From a virus (Duplodnaviria; Caudoviricetes), in the IMG/VR virus record IMGVR_UViG_3300025601_000083, positions 1 to 29,159 of that record: a stretch of DNA of 29,159 nucleotides. The stretch is one strand, 5' to 3'. Below are positions 18,393 to 26,304 of this stretch, in pieces. A program made the translations under genes and the position numbers. The notes below the pieces were generated by a model that worked only from the letters and a program-made list of their open reading frames with translations, was not told the DNA's origin and did not search any database. Within the stretch, counting starts at the first letter, position 1. Each line of letters begins with the position of its first letter.

Positions 18393-18462
18393 GTACCTAA
18401 TTCCGAGAGGTACCATAGCAGGGGCGCTTACACGCCCTTTTCGGTAGTCATCCTAGCTATGG
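18393..18462 (-). promoter_or_regulatory. Structured 5' leader of the primase-helicase gene
   Basis: CCAUAGC/GCUAUGG closes a junction containing GGGCG/CGCCC and UAG/CUA stems. The adjacent GUACCU/AGGUAC hairpin covers the AGGU RBS. Confidence 0.6.
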
Positions 18463-18487
18463 GTGTAGTTGTTACAGTGGGAGACTA

Positions 18488-19213
18488 TTAGTCGTCCCAG
18501 TCGGCTACTATATCAGCCAGTGCATCGTCAGATGCTTTCGGTGCAGGAGCTTTCTTCTTAACTACTTTCTTTGGCTCCTCGACTTGCGCGGGTTCATCAT
18601 CCCCAAACAGGTCGTCTGTTACTGCTTCCGTAGGGGCGGCAGGTGCGGCAGGTGCTACTACTTCAAAAGGATTCTCTTCTGCGGAGAACTGAAACCCACC
18701 TTCTACTGCGCCAAACGGGGATGCGGCTTCCATAGGTACGTACTTGATAACCTGTACGGCACGTAGTCTAAGGGATACACCCGCTTCACGCATGTAGTAG
18801 GGAGTAAAGGTTACTGCTACGTTAACAGTACTACCCGTGGTAAGCATGAAGTCGTCTGGTAGTTTAACGCCTTTACTATCGTACTGTACAGGCTTAAACG
18901 TAGCGTCTTTACCGTACGCCCCTTTCAAAGATGCCTTGTACGTATAAGTACCATCTTCTTCTTTCTTGAAAGGCATGTCAAACTTGTCAGGCCATCCCTT
19001 CTCTTTCTTGGCTTCGTATGCGGTAACCATTGATACAAAGAGAGCCTTAGCTTGGTCTTTAGTCATACGGAAACGAGTCTCGTACTTAGCACCTTCGTCA
19101 AACGCGTCACACGGAACCGTGCGGTTTTCTGCATTGTCGAACTTGTAAGTCTTATTGATACGAGGCCATAGGGCTTCTACGTCATTGATAAGGTATTGAT
19201 TATTTGTAGCCAT
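18488..19213 (-). CDS. Single-stranded DNA-binding protein (phage gp2.5-like)
   Basis: OB-fold-like C-terminal core (GSTVNVAV...GVSLRLRAVQVIKY), a flexible Pro/Ala linker and an acidic aromatic tail (IVADWDD), in a replication context. Confidence 0.7.
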   Translation of the reverse strand: MATNNQYLINDVEALWPRINKTYKFDNAENRTVPCDAFDEGAKYETRFRMTKDQAKALFVSMVTAYEAKKEKGWPDKFDMPFKKEEDGTYTYKASLKGAYGKDATFKPVQYDSKGVKLPDDFMLTTGSTVNVAVTFTPYYMREAGVSLRLRAVQVIKYVPMEAASPFGAVEGGFQFSAEENPFEVVAPAAPAAPTEAVTDDLFGDDEPAQVEEPKKVVKKKAPAPKASDDALADIVADWDD

Positions 19214-19231
19214 GTTATAAATCCTAATTAA

Positions 19232-19909
19232 TTAGTTTGCATTTAACTCGAAACCTTCCACCACACTAAACGGAGACACAGGTTCACTTGTTGTGGGGAT
19301 AGACATAGTGATAGCCCGAATAGTATCTTCGTGGTCAATCATGGCCGAAACCCTTGTAAGCGTGTCTTCATCTAAGCGGTCTACCGGCTTAAAGCAAAGT
19401 TTTGGTACCGCGCTATCCTCATCAAAGTAAATCTTGGTGATGATAGTAACTACAGGAGTATCATGTTTAGCGAGTAACCGAGCATAGTGTTGCATACCCT
19501 TATCACCACTATTAGTACTGCCGAATATAGACGTGGCAGGTATCTGTAACTGATACACTTCTTCAGGTTTATCCTGAAATACAACTGCTAGTCGTTGTGA
19601 GAACCGACAAGCCCTACCCCCATAAGAACCTGAACCTCTTATATTTTGAGGACAATCCATACAACGCGCAGACTGCCGTTGCTCTTGGGGTACTTCTCTA
19701 GCTGGTAACTGCGTGTCAGGTGACCAACACGTAGGTACCGCAACCCTATTGGGGTCATACGCATCGCCATAGTAAGCGCGAGATACTGGGGCGGCATTAA
19801 CTATCACCACATCCATATAACCTAAATCCCTAGTAACTTCCTCACCGTCAGCTATAACGTGAAACTTACCACCACGTATACTGATTCGGCGTAGTCCGTT
19901 GCTACTCAT
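19232..19909 (-). CDS. Conserved Cys-containing phage replication protein (possible second SSB/annealing protein)
   Basis: RISIRGGKF...PTCWS...CMDCPQN...GRACRF gives four Cys that could bind Zn. It is coupled to the upstream HTH gene (TGATG). Confidence 0.6.
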   Translation of the reverse strand: MSSNGLRRISIRGGKFHVIADGEEVTRDLGYMDVVIVNAAPVSRAYYGDAYDPNRVAVPTCWSPDTQLPAREVPQEQRQSARCMDCPQNIRGSGSYGGRACRFSQRLAVVFQDKPEEVYQLQIPATSIFGSTNSGDKGMQHYARLLAKHDTPVVTIITKIYFDEDSAVPKLCFKPVDRLDEDTLTRVSAMIDHEDTIRAITMSIPTTSEPVSPFSVVEGFELNAN

Positions 19910-20160
19910 CAGGCGTCATCATCCAAATCTAACTCTAGCTGTTCGTGCATAGAGATTTCAGTTAGATAGTCTTCTTCGGGTGTATGCGCACTGTTCAAAA
20001 GTGCCGCTTCAACTTCAGGTAACTTGAAACGATAGGTTGGCCCCACTTTAATATATGTATCGGTGGGAATCTTGTTATTACGTAACCATGCACGGACGGT
20101 AGATATAGATACCGAGAAGTGCTTCGCTACATTTTCAATAGGTACAAATGCTACTGACAT
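19909..20160 (-). CDS. Excisionase/MerR-like HTH DNA-binding protein
   Basis: IENVAKHFSVSISTVRAWLRNNKIP...IKVGPTYRF is a winged-HTH pattern, followed by an acidic tail. Confidence 0.8.
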   Translation of the reverse strand: MSVAFVPIENVAKHFSVSISTVRAWLRNNKIPTDTYIKVGPTYRFKLPEVEAALLNSAHTPEEDYLTEISMHEQLELDLDDDA

Positions 20161-20558
20161 TACTTCCTCCTTACTGAGACTACATACTCTGAGTCTACGT
20201 TAAGCCCTTTAGGTACGAGGGCGGGGTTTTCTTCTAGGAACTGCTTCATGTTCGTTTGGTTGAGTCGCTTATCAAGTAACTCAGGTGCCCCATGCTCTAA
20301 TATAAACTCGTGCATGTTGCTCCAATCGCTAGTCCAATACCTAGTCTTAGCAGATCGGTAAAACAATCCTGCTGAAGTCTTCACACTATCGACGCCCTGA
20401 TCTTTACAGTATCCAAGTAAGGCTTTCTTAACCTTGTCTAACTGTTCAGACAGCTTGCCGTCTTCTTCTTTAAATTCCGCAGAAAGTTCCGAACGCTTAT
20501 CTTTTATCTTTAGATAAACCTTAGTCAACTGTTCAGCGGTAGTATTACTTTCACTCAT
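20160..20558 (-). CDS. Hypothetical coiled-coil phage protein
   Basis: Start moved to ATG 20558 (MSESN), which has AAGGAG upstream. The GTG at 20588 falls inside the predicted -10 box. Confidence 0.75.
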   Translation of the reverse strand: MSESNTTAEQLTKVYLKIKDKRSELSAEFKEEDGKLSEQLDKVKKALLGYCKDQGVDSVKTSAGLFYRSAKTRYWTSDWSNMHEFILEHGAPELLDKRLNQTNMKQFLEENPALVPKGLNVDSEYVVSVRRK

Positions 20559-20586
20559 TACACGCTCCTTTACTAACGGGACGTTC

Positions 20587-20615
20587 ACTTTATTAGCTTA
20601 TCGTTAGCTAGTCAA
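20587..20615 (-). promoter_or_regulatory. Sigma70-like promoter
   Basis: TTGACT (20615-20610), a 17-nt spacer and TAAAGT (20592-20587), upstream of the RBS of the 20558 gene. Confidence 0.65.
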
Positions 20616-22143
20616 GTATTTCTTTGTAAAGATCAATCATCTTTGTGTGAATGTCTATTCTGTTATCTAGCAGTGCGTAAACACGTTTCTCTGCGTGCGA
20701 CCCCTGTAGCTGCACGACGGTACATTTGTGATCTTGTCCTGATCTGTGTACACGAGCGTTTGCTTGAGCGTATGTCTCCAACGAACTTGTCGGTGCCCAC
20801 CACACTACTGTGTTAGCCGCAGTCAATGTAACTCCGTGCGCGGCTGACTGTGGTTGTATAACTAACACGCGAGGGTTATCGGCTTCTTGGAACCGTTTAA
20901 ATATCTCCGTACGTTTACCTGCACTCACATCCCCACGGATAACTTCTGTCGATATATTATCTTCTCGTAGATTGGCGGTAAGCATGTCTATAGTGTGCTT
21001 GAATGGTACAAACACTAATACTTTCTTACTCGACTCGTCTATTACTTCACGTAGTACCTTGTAGCGTGGGGATATATCGAACTCTACTGCGTCCCCCTTG
21101 TCGGTATACACTGCACCTGCGGATATTTGCAGTAGCTTGTTCATACCGACCGCCGCGTTAACTGCTGTGACTTGTTCTCCTGCCGCCTCCATAACCATCT
21201 TGTTCTTCAGTTCTTTGTAGTACTTCAACTGCTGTCGGGTAAGCGGTACTTCTCTTTTGGTGTACACCATAGGTGGTAGGTCAAGGCACTCGTCTTTGGT
21301 AAACCGTATAGCCGGTTGCAGTATCCTATGCACGGTTGTCGTGGCATCTTCTTTCGGCACCCACTTAAAGTTTGTAACCTTTCTCATCACTTGGTCGCGG
21401 AACGAACCAAAGAATCTAGGCACGCCCTTGGGATTAACGAGTTTAGCTATGCCATACGCATCGGTAGGACTTTGCGCGGCGGGAGTACCTGTCATCATCC
21501 ATAGCCATGTGCTTGGCCCGATTAACTTATTTAAGGTCTTCCATCGCTTTGTCTGAGGGTTCTTGTAGTGAGTAGCTTCATCCACAATGATAAGGTCAAA
21601 CCCTCCGTTGGCTACTGCGTCCGCTACAATCTCTACCCCGTCATAATTTATTATCACGTACTCAGCATCGCCTTCTATTATCTTTGCGCGTTTAGCCTTA
21701 GCTCCATATGCCACGTCTACTTTACGGTGCATGGCAAAACTAAACAGGTCATTGCGCCATGCGGAATCCATGATAGATAGAGGGCATATAACTAACACTC
21801 GACGTATTACCCCCTGCTTCATAAGGTAGTCAGACGCCCATATAGCACTGGCTGTCTTGCCTGTACCCTGCTCGTTGAAACAAAAGCTCTTACGGTTTAA
21901 CGTGAAAAAACTAGCAGTGGTCTTCTGATGATCGAACGGTGTGTACTTACCCGTCCATTCATACTTAGATTCTATTGGGGAGGGCGCGTTGATATTCATG
22001 TTACGCAACACCTGCGTTTCTTCTAACCCCCAGTTAACAAGTACTTGGTTGTTTGGTAGTTCCCTACTCTTTGGTATTACCGATGTAACCTTTGCGGGGT
22101 TACGTAGCGTAAGTAATAACGCCTTATTATCTACTATCTTCAT
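20608..22143 (-). CDS. SNF2-family (SF2) helicase/ATPase
   Basis: Motif I NEQGTGKT, Ia VICPLS, II VDEATH, III MTGTP, V HGVTLT and VI QANARVHRSGQ. Confidence 0.92.
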   Translation of the reverse strand: MKIVDNKALLLTLRNPAKVTSVIPKSRELPNNQVLVNWGLEETQVLRNMNINAPSPIESKYEWTGKYTPFDHQKTTASFFTLNRKSFCFNEQGTGKTASAIWASDYLMKQGVIRRVLVICPLSIMDSAWRNDLFSFAMHRKVDVAYGAKAKRAKIIEGDAEYVIINYDGVEIVADAVANGGFDLIIVDEATHYKNPQTKRWKTLNKLIGPSTWLWMMTGTPAAQSPTDAYGIAKLVNPKGVPRFFGSFRDQVMRKVTNFKWVPKEDATTTVHRILQPAIRFTKDECLDLPPMVYTKREVPLTRQQLKYYKELKNKMVMEAAGEQVTAVNAAVGMNKLLQISAGAVYTDKGDAVEFDISPRYKVLREVIDESSKKVLVFVPFKHTIDMLTANLREDNISTEVIRGDVSAGKRTEIFKRFQEADNPRVLVIQPQSAAHGVTLTAANTVVWWAPTSSLETYAQANARVHRSGQDHKCTVVQLQGSHAEKRVYALLDNRIDIHTKMIDLYKEILD

Positions 22144-22144
22144 T

Positions 22145-22370
22145 TATCGCTCCGATACGAAATAGCATGAAGTGGGTGTCCACGTCACGCGAAAAAATTT
22201 AGTAGCCCTGCTTCGTCCACGGATAGGGCTAAGTCCGCATTATGATTCTCATTAGGACTACTCGATTTTATGCCGCATATCTATTGGGGAGCAATAGCGC
22301 CGTAAGGAACGGCACGACATCATTTAAAGACGCATCAAGCACGCGTCAACCCATACCAATAGGGAGTTCT
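22145..22370 (-). ncRNA. Highly structured intergenic RNA (leader or sRNA)
   Basis: At least eight stems tile ~225 nt. Several need G-U pairs that exist only on the - strand. Confidence 0.55.
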
Positions 22371-22643
22371 TTACTTAGGCTTTCTACTGCCTTTCTTTTT
22401 GTAGTTCCGACTACGATTAGTAGAGCTATCCTCTACTGTAACACCGTCTTTGTTGCTTCCGCCATTGACCAAGGCTTTCTTATGACTAACGTCTTTACCT
22501 TCACGCTTGTCAGCCTTACCGTTACCATTGGCATCTGCGCCTTCTCTATCCATCTTACGTCTGGCGCGTTGCCGCTCCATTCTACGTTCAAACGTGTCAC
22601 TGCCTACGGGGGCGTTGACCTGCTTCTTTCTTTTCTTACGCAT
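22371..22643 (-). CDS. Small HNH-like (H-N-N) nuclease-fold protein
   Basis: GKDVSHKKAL..GGSN...NRSRN pattern. The start is probably ATG 22643 (TAATG overlap with the nuclease stop, GGGAG RBS). Confidence 0.6.
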   Translation of the reverse strand: MRKKRKKQVNAPVGSDTFERRMERQRARRKMDREGADANGNGKADKREGKDVSHKKALVNGGSNKDGVTVEDSSTNRSRNYKKKGSRKPK

Positions 22644-23314
22644 TAGTTTCTCCCATTGTGTACGCACTCTGTAACAATACAGTGCCTACGACATAACCCA
22701 CTTTGGTGTGCATTCCACACATTGTTTTCAAAGGCTTGCTCCATACGGCTATAGTCTGACAGCCACTTCTTCCATAGCCTAGGCTCTTCCGGCTTGGAGT
22801 AGTCTTCCTTTATTAACTCCCCGCATACCACAAACAACAACCCACCCTTCACTTTCTCTAGGTCGGGGAACATCTTAAACATGCTCATAGCCATCAGTTC
22901 TAACTGACCTTTATCAGCGTACCTAGTATTTTTACTTGTCTTGTAGTCTACCACATAAGCTGTTTTGGTGCGTTTGTTCATAATAACTAAGTCAGCTATG
23001 CCACGCCACCAAACATCGTCAGCAAAGAATTCGCAAGGCTCAAGGTTTTCGGTAAGCCCCATCTTCATCTCACATATCTTCTCGCCTTCCATGCCATTCA
23101 GTACATCAAGTACATCTTTACAGTAGTTGTATTCAGGGGGTAACGGCTTACCATCCCTAATGTATTCCTCTGCGGCTAGGTGTACGGCAGTGCCATATAG
23201 CATGGCTTCTGTCTCAGATTCCCTGTAATCCTTGGCAATCTTTAGATGGTAGAACTTCTTAGGACACTGTTCAAAAGATTTAATCTTTGAGAACGACCAC
23301 GGGGCAATGCTCAT
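22643..23314 (-). CDS. Cas4-like/RecB-family PD-(D/E)XK exonuclease
   Basis: WSFSKIKSFEQCP, GTAVH, RGIADL, VVDYKT and QLELMA, plus C-terminal C-x3-C-x4-C, which with the N-terminal Cys gives a 4-Cys Fe-S pattern. Confidence 0.85.
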   Translation of the reverse strand: MSIAPWSFSKIKSFEQCPKKFYHLKIAKDYRESETEAMLYGTAVHLAAEEYIRDGKPLPPEYNYCKDVLDVLNGMEGEKICEMKMGLTENLEPCEFFADDVWWRGIADLVIMNKRTKTAYVVDYKTSKNTRYADKGQLELMAMSMFKMFPDLEKVKGGLLFVVCGELIKEDYSKPEEPRLWKKWLSDYSRMEQAFENNVWNAHQSGLCRRHCIVTECVHNGRN

Positions 23315-23550
23315 CGTAACCTCCGCGAATAAGATCGGCGGCGATCAAGTTTAACTATACTGTCGCAATGCCTAGACCAAAATATATCATCAGTCACTAC
23401 AAAGCCTTTCGGTGCCTCCTCTAATTTAAACTGTAAGTTAGGAAATTTTTCATCTGCGAAATATTCCATAACCCCTTCAGCCATTTCTTTGTTAGTGTAC
23501 ATACCATCCACGTAATGCGTACCTAAAAATAAGATTATATATCTACTCAT
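23311..23550 (-). CDS. Hypothetical protein
   Basis: 79 aa, with ATGA and TAATG overlaps to both neighbours. Confidence 0.65.
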   Translation of the reverse strand: MSRYIILFLGTHYVDGMYTNKEMAEGVMEYFADEKFPNLQFKLEEAPKGFVVTDDIFWSRHCDSIVKLDRRRSYSRRLR

Positions 23551-23786
23551 TAATGTTTCTCCGCATACATACTACATACTAGGTTAAGTTCATCCGCTAA
23601 CGCACCGACTTGCGTTAGGTTTAGTTGTATCCGATCAACGTGCCTAGTCATACCTATTGTTTCACACTGCTCTATACATACTACTGGGTCGCCATCTATG
23701 GTTTCCCCCACAATGATACTCAGGTAATCCCCATGAGTTTCCGGTACGCCTGATGTAGGCTTAGGCCAATCAATCACTTTACCCAT
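23550..23786 (-). CDS. Hypothetical protein
   Basis: 78 aa, overlapping both neighbours in the operon. Confidence 0.65.
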   Translation of the reverse strand: MGKVIDWPKPTSGVPETHGDYLSIIVGETIDGDPVVCIEQCETIGMTRHVDRIQLNLTQVGALADELNLVCSMYAEKH

Positions 23787-23979
23787 TGATGTACATCCCT
23801 AATCCGTACGTTACAGACCAACCTAGTAGGCCAATTAATACTACCAACTCTACCCTACGTATGACTACGGGGCGGAATAACCAATCCTTAACACCTCTTG
23901 GTGTGCGGGTACCGGCATCTTTTATAGCCTTGTCCGCAAACTTATGCGCTTCTTTCATAGCTTTTTCTATATCACTCAT
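23779..23979 (-). CDS. Small membrane protein
   Basis: 66 aa with an ATGA overlap to the polymerase stop and a C-terminal hydrophobic helix (LVVLIGLLGWSVTYGLGMYI). Confidence 0.65.
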   Translation of the reverse strand: MSDIEKAMKEAHKFADKAIKDAGTRTPRGVKDWLFRPVVIRRVELVVLIGLLGWSVTYGLGMYING

Positions 23980-25811
23980 CCTGCCGCCTCCCCATAAGAC
24001 TTACCTGTATCTGACTCACACGTTATAGGCAAGCCCTCTGCCCATGTAGAAGTAGTGCTCATGCAATCTTCTATGTACTGTTTGGCCTGACTAAGTTCGG
24101 TCTCTGGTACACAACATACCACGGAATCGTGAACCGTCAAAGCTACCTTGTATTTCTTAGCTATTGCTAACATCTGATCACCAATGATACATCTAGCTAT
24201 CGCTTGGCATATGTTCTCTGCTACCTTACCACCATATATTCTGGTGTATCCACGGCGCGTTCTGTACTTAAACTCTGGGCCACGTTCACCCTGCTCATAC
24301 TGTAAGTCGTCATAGCGCATCTTCAAGCCAGAGGGTAGTAATACCCAACCGTTACGCCCGTCTACCCCATACTTGATTATATCGTTGGGGCCAAAGCTAC
24401 CTGAGTTACCACGCGACATCTCTATTAACATGTTCTGACATGCACGCCAGAAGTGGTTTATCTTCCAGTTGGCATCGCGGTAGATACTTACTACCCTACG
24501 TGCCTCCTCAACATCCATGTGAGTTCCGAACGATTGTAATTGATCTGCAAACCGAACTGCGCCCATACCATAACCGCAACCTAGGATTGTAGTCTTACCA
24601 ACAAAGCGTTGCTCCTTGGTAACATCTTCTTCAGGTATGCCATATATCTTCGACGACATCTTTATGTAAACGTCTTCACCGTTCAGGAAAGCTAATACTA
24701 AATCATCCTGTCCCGCCAACCATGCTAGTACTCGGGCTTCAATCTGCGACGAGTCACAGTCAATAATCATGTAGCCTTCGGGGGCAAGCATACTGTTCTT
24801 TAACTTCTTACCATTAACACCACGGCTAGGTAGGTTTTGGATGTTGATCTTGTCATCGCCTCCCCACCTACCAGTGTGCGCCGCGTAGTATCTTACGGGT
24901 ACCGGGAGCAGCCCACGTTTAGCTATACCTATAAACCTCTCAGTACGTGATTCCTCTAATGTGCTTTTGGTGCCTAATCGAGAGGTCACCAGTGCCTGTA
25001 CACGCGAGTCATGGTGGCTAGCTAACGCCTTAAACTGTTCGTCGTTCTTGGCGAACGCGTAGGTCTGCTTACCCGTAGTAGGGCTAGTCTTCATAGGGGG
25101 TATAACACCTAGTCCTACAAGTAACTCAGCAAACTTAGGGTTGCTCATAAGTTCTTTCTTAGTTGCACCAGAGGACGTTATCAAGTCTTCTTTAATCTGC
25201 TTGGTATCTTCTAGGTGGTGCTCTAGTAGTCCCAAGTCCAACTCCAGTATAGGCTCCACAAACATACGCAAGGTGCAGTCTATGATGCGTAGCTCCCCCT
25301 TCGGGAACCCCTTACCCATGATGTTAAACAATCTATATGTTAACTCAACATCATTGATGCAGTAGTCCCCGTACCGACTTAGTTCTTCTTCGGTGAAATC
25401 TCCACGGCGCTTCCCGATAGCGTCGAGTACTTCCGTTCCCTTCGCTCCAATATTGTACCTTTGAGCAAGCGCAGAGAGAGAGCCGCCAACTTCGATCCCA
25501 TGTAGAGCACGGGCAATGCACAGAGTATCGGCAAGGAGGCGAGGATGAACATCAAACAGCCAACTAAGAATGGCACCATCAAACAAAGTGTTGTGGCAAA
25601 GGAGAATAGAATTTTCCCAGTCGAAAGTTTGTAAGTATTGTCTAAGTTCTTCATGTGTTCCACTAGCCCACTCCGTTCCATCATTATTTACTTTTAACCC
25701 TATACCTATCACCTCAAAACGAGGGTCACGGATATAGGATTCCATTGTCATCTTACGTAAGGAAAAGTCTTTGTCATAATACGTTTCCAGATCAACCGTT
25801 ATCAGGTTCAT
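23976..25811 (-). CDS. polA: Family A DNA polymerase with 3'-5' exonuclease domain
   Basis: ExoI VDLETY, ExoII HNTLFD, ExoIII YCINDV; HTGRWGG, NIQNLP; motif A DSSQIEAR, motif B RFVGKTTILGCGYG, motif C TVHDS. There is no 5'-3' exonuclease domain. Confidence 0.95.
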   Translation of the reverse strand: MNLITVDLETYYDKDFSLRKMTMESYIRDPRFEVIGIGLKVNNDGTEWASGTHEELRQYLQTFDWENSILLCHNTLFDGAILSWLFDVHPRLLADTLCIARALHGIEVGGSLSALAQRYNIGAKGTEVLDAIGKRRGDFTEEELSRYGDYCINDVELTYRLFNIMGKGFPKGELRIIDCTLRMFVEPILELDLGLLEHHLEDTKQIKEDLITSSGATKKELMSNPKFAELLVGLGVIPPMKTSPTTGKQTYAFAKNDEQFKALASHHDSRVQALVTSRLGTKSTLEESRTERFIGIAKRGLLPVPVRYYAAHTGRWGGDDKINIQNLPSRGVNGKKLKNSMLAPEGYMIIDCDSSQIEARVLAWLAGQDDLVLAFLNGEDVYIKMSSKIYGIPEEDVTKEQRFVGKTTILGCGYGMGAVRFADQLQSFGTHMDVEEARRVVSIYRDANWKINHFWRACQNMLIEMSRGNSGSFGPNDIIKYGVDGRNGWVLLPSGLKMRYDDLQYEQGERGPEFKYRTRRGYTRIYGGKVAENICQAIARCIIGDQMLAIAKKYKVALTVHDSVVCCVPETELSQAKQYIEDCMSTTSTWAEGLPITCESDTGKSYGEAAG

Positions 25812-26008
25812 TTGTGGACACCCTTACCGTATCCTAATTCCTTCCCATCTTTCGCGTATAGTTCTGCACCTGTATCCAATATCCATCCACTACCTGTAAT
25901 TCCATACCGTATGCGAAATACTCGTCCGTATTGAGACAGTCCTATAACCTCCCCGTCACTTGGATCAATAACAATCTGTATTATCCGTTCGTCAATCTTC
26001 ACTTTCAA
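25808..26008 (-). CDS. Hypothetical protein
   Basis: 66 aa with a TTG start preceded by AAGGAG and an ATGA overlap with the polymerase start. Confidence 0.55.
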   Translation of the reverse strand: MKVKIDERIIQIVIDPSDGEVIGLSQYGRVFRIRYGITGSGWILDTGAELYAKDGKELGYGKGVHK

Positions 26009-26303
26009 CTCCTTCTATTAACTTGTTTAGGTACCACTGCGCTTTCTTTAAGTCCTCTAACGGCTTGTCCTTACGCTCGTACCTCCAAAGGTATTTCAGA
26101 CAAGCACCTTTGCAGTACCCCTTGAATGCTTCGGGTGTCATAGACTCTTGTATGCCCTCAATGCATTCGACCTTGCCGTAGGTATAGTGGCTTGGGCTGT
26201 TTACCATGTCTTCTTCCACACCATTTGCCCACGCCTCTAACCCTGTCTTTTCTATAGCAGGTAGTTCTTCCTGTAACCGTTCCCAATCTTCTTTACTAGC
26301 CAT
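25992..26303 (-). CDS. DUF3310 protein (T7 gp1.7-like nucleotide kinase family)
   Basis: VNSPSHY...ECIE...FKGYCKG..LKYLWR...K..LEDLKKAQWYL signature. Confidence 0.88.
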   Translation of the reverse strand: MASKEDWERLQEELPAIEKTGLEAWANGVEEDMVNSPSHYTYGKVECIEGIQESMTPEAFKGYCKGACLKYLWRYERKDKPLEDLKKAQWYLNKLIEGVESED

Positions 26304-26304
26304 A

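Noticed and set aside
18413-18462. Hammerhead ribozyme (GAUGA...CGAAA in a three-way junction)
   Set aside because: The CUGAnGA core is not intact, GAUGA lies in a loop instead of preceding stem II, and the stem III/NUH geometry does not fit. The similar CUAAUGAG/GGACGAAG words at 22210-22255 also fail.
19909-20160. Excisionase as evidence of an integrated prophage
   Set aside because: No integrase, att site or host genes are in the window, and this HTH class is also common as a plain regulator.
22201-22370. CsrB/RsmY-like sponge on the + strand (ACGGA, GGGAG, AAGGA and AGGGA in or near loops)
   Set aside because: Several stems have A-C mismatches on + that are G-U pairs on -, and no + strand promoter/terminator pair is evident. 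The - strand reading is preferred, although + is not fully excluded.
22643-23314. CRISPR-Cas system suggested by the Cas4-like gene
   Set aside because: There are no other cas genes and no repeat-spacer array. Stand-alone Cas4-like nucleases are common in phage replication modules.
23976-25811. Intein, intron or DnaJ-type insertion in the polymerase or helicases
   Set aside because: Motif spacing is compact and continuous. There are no CxxCxGxG repeats or intein termini.
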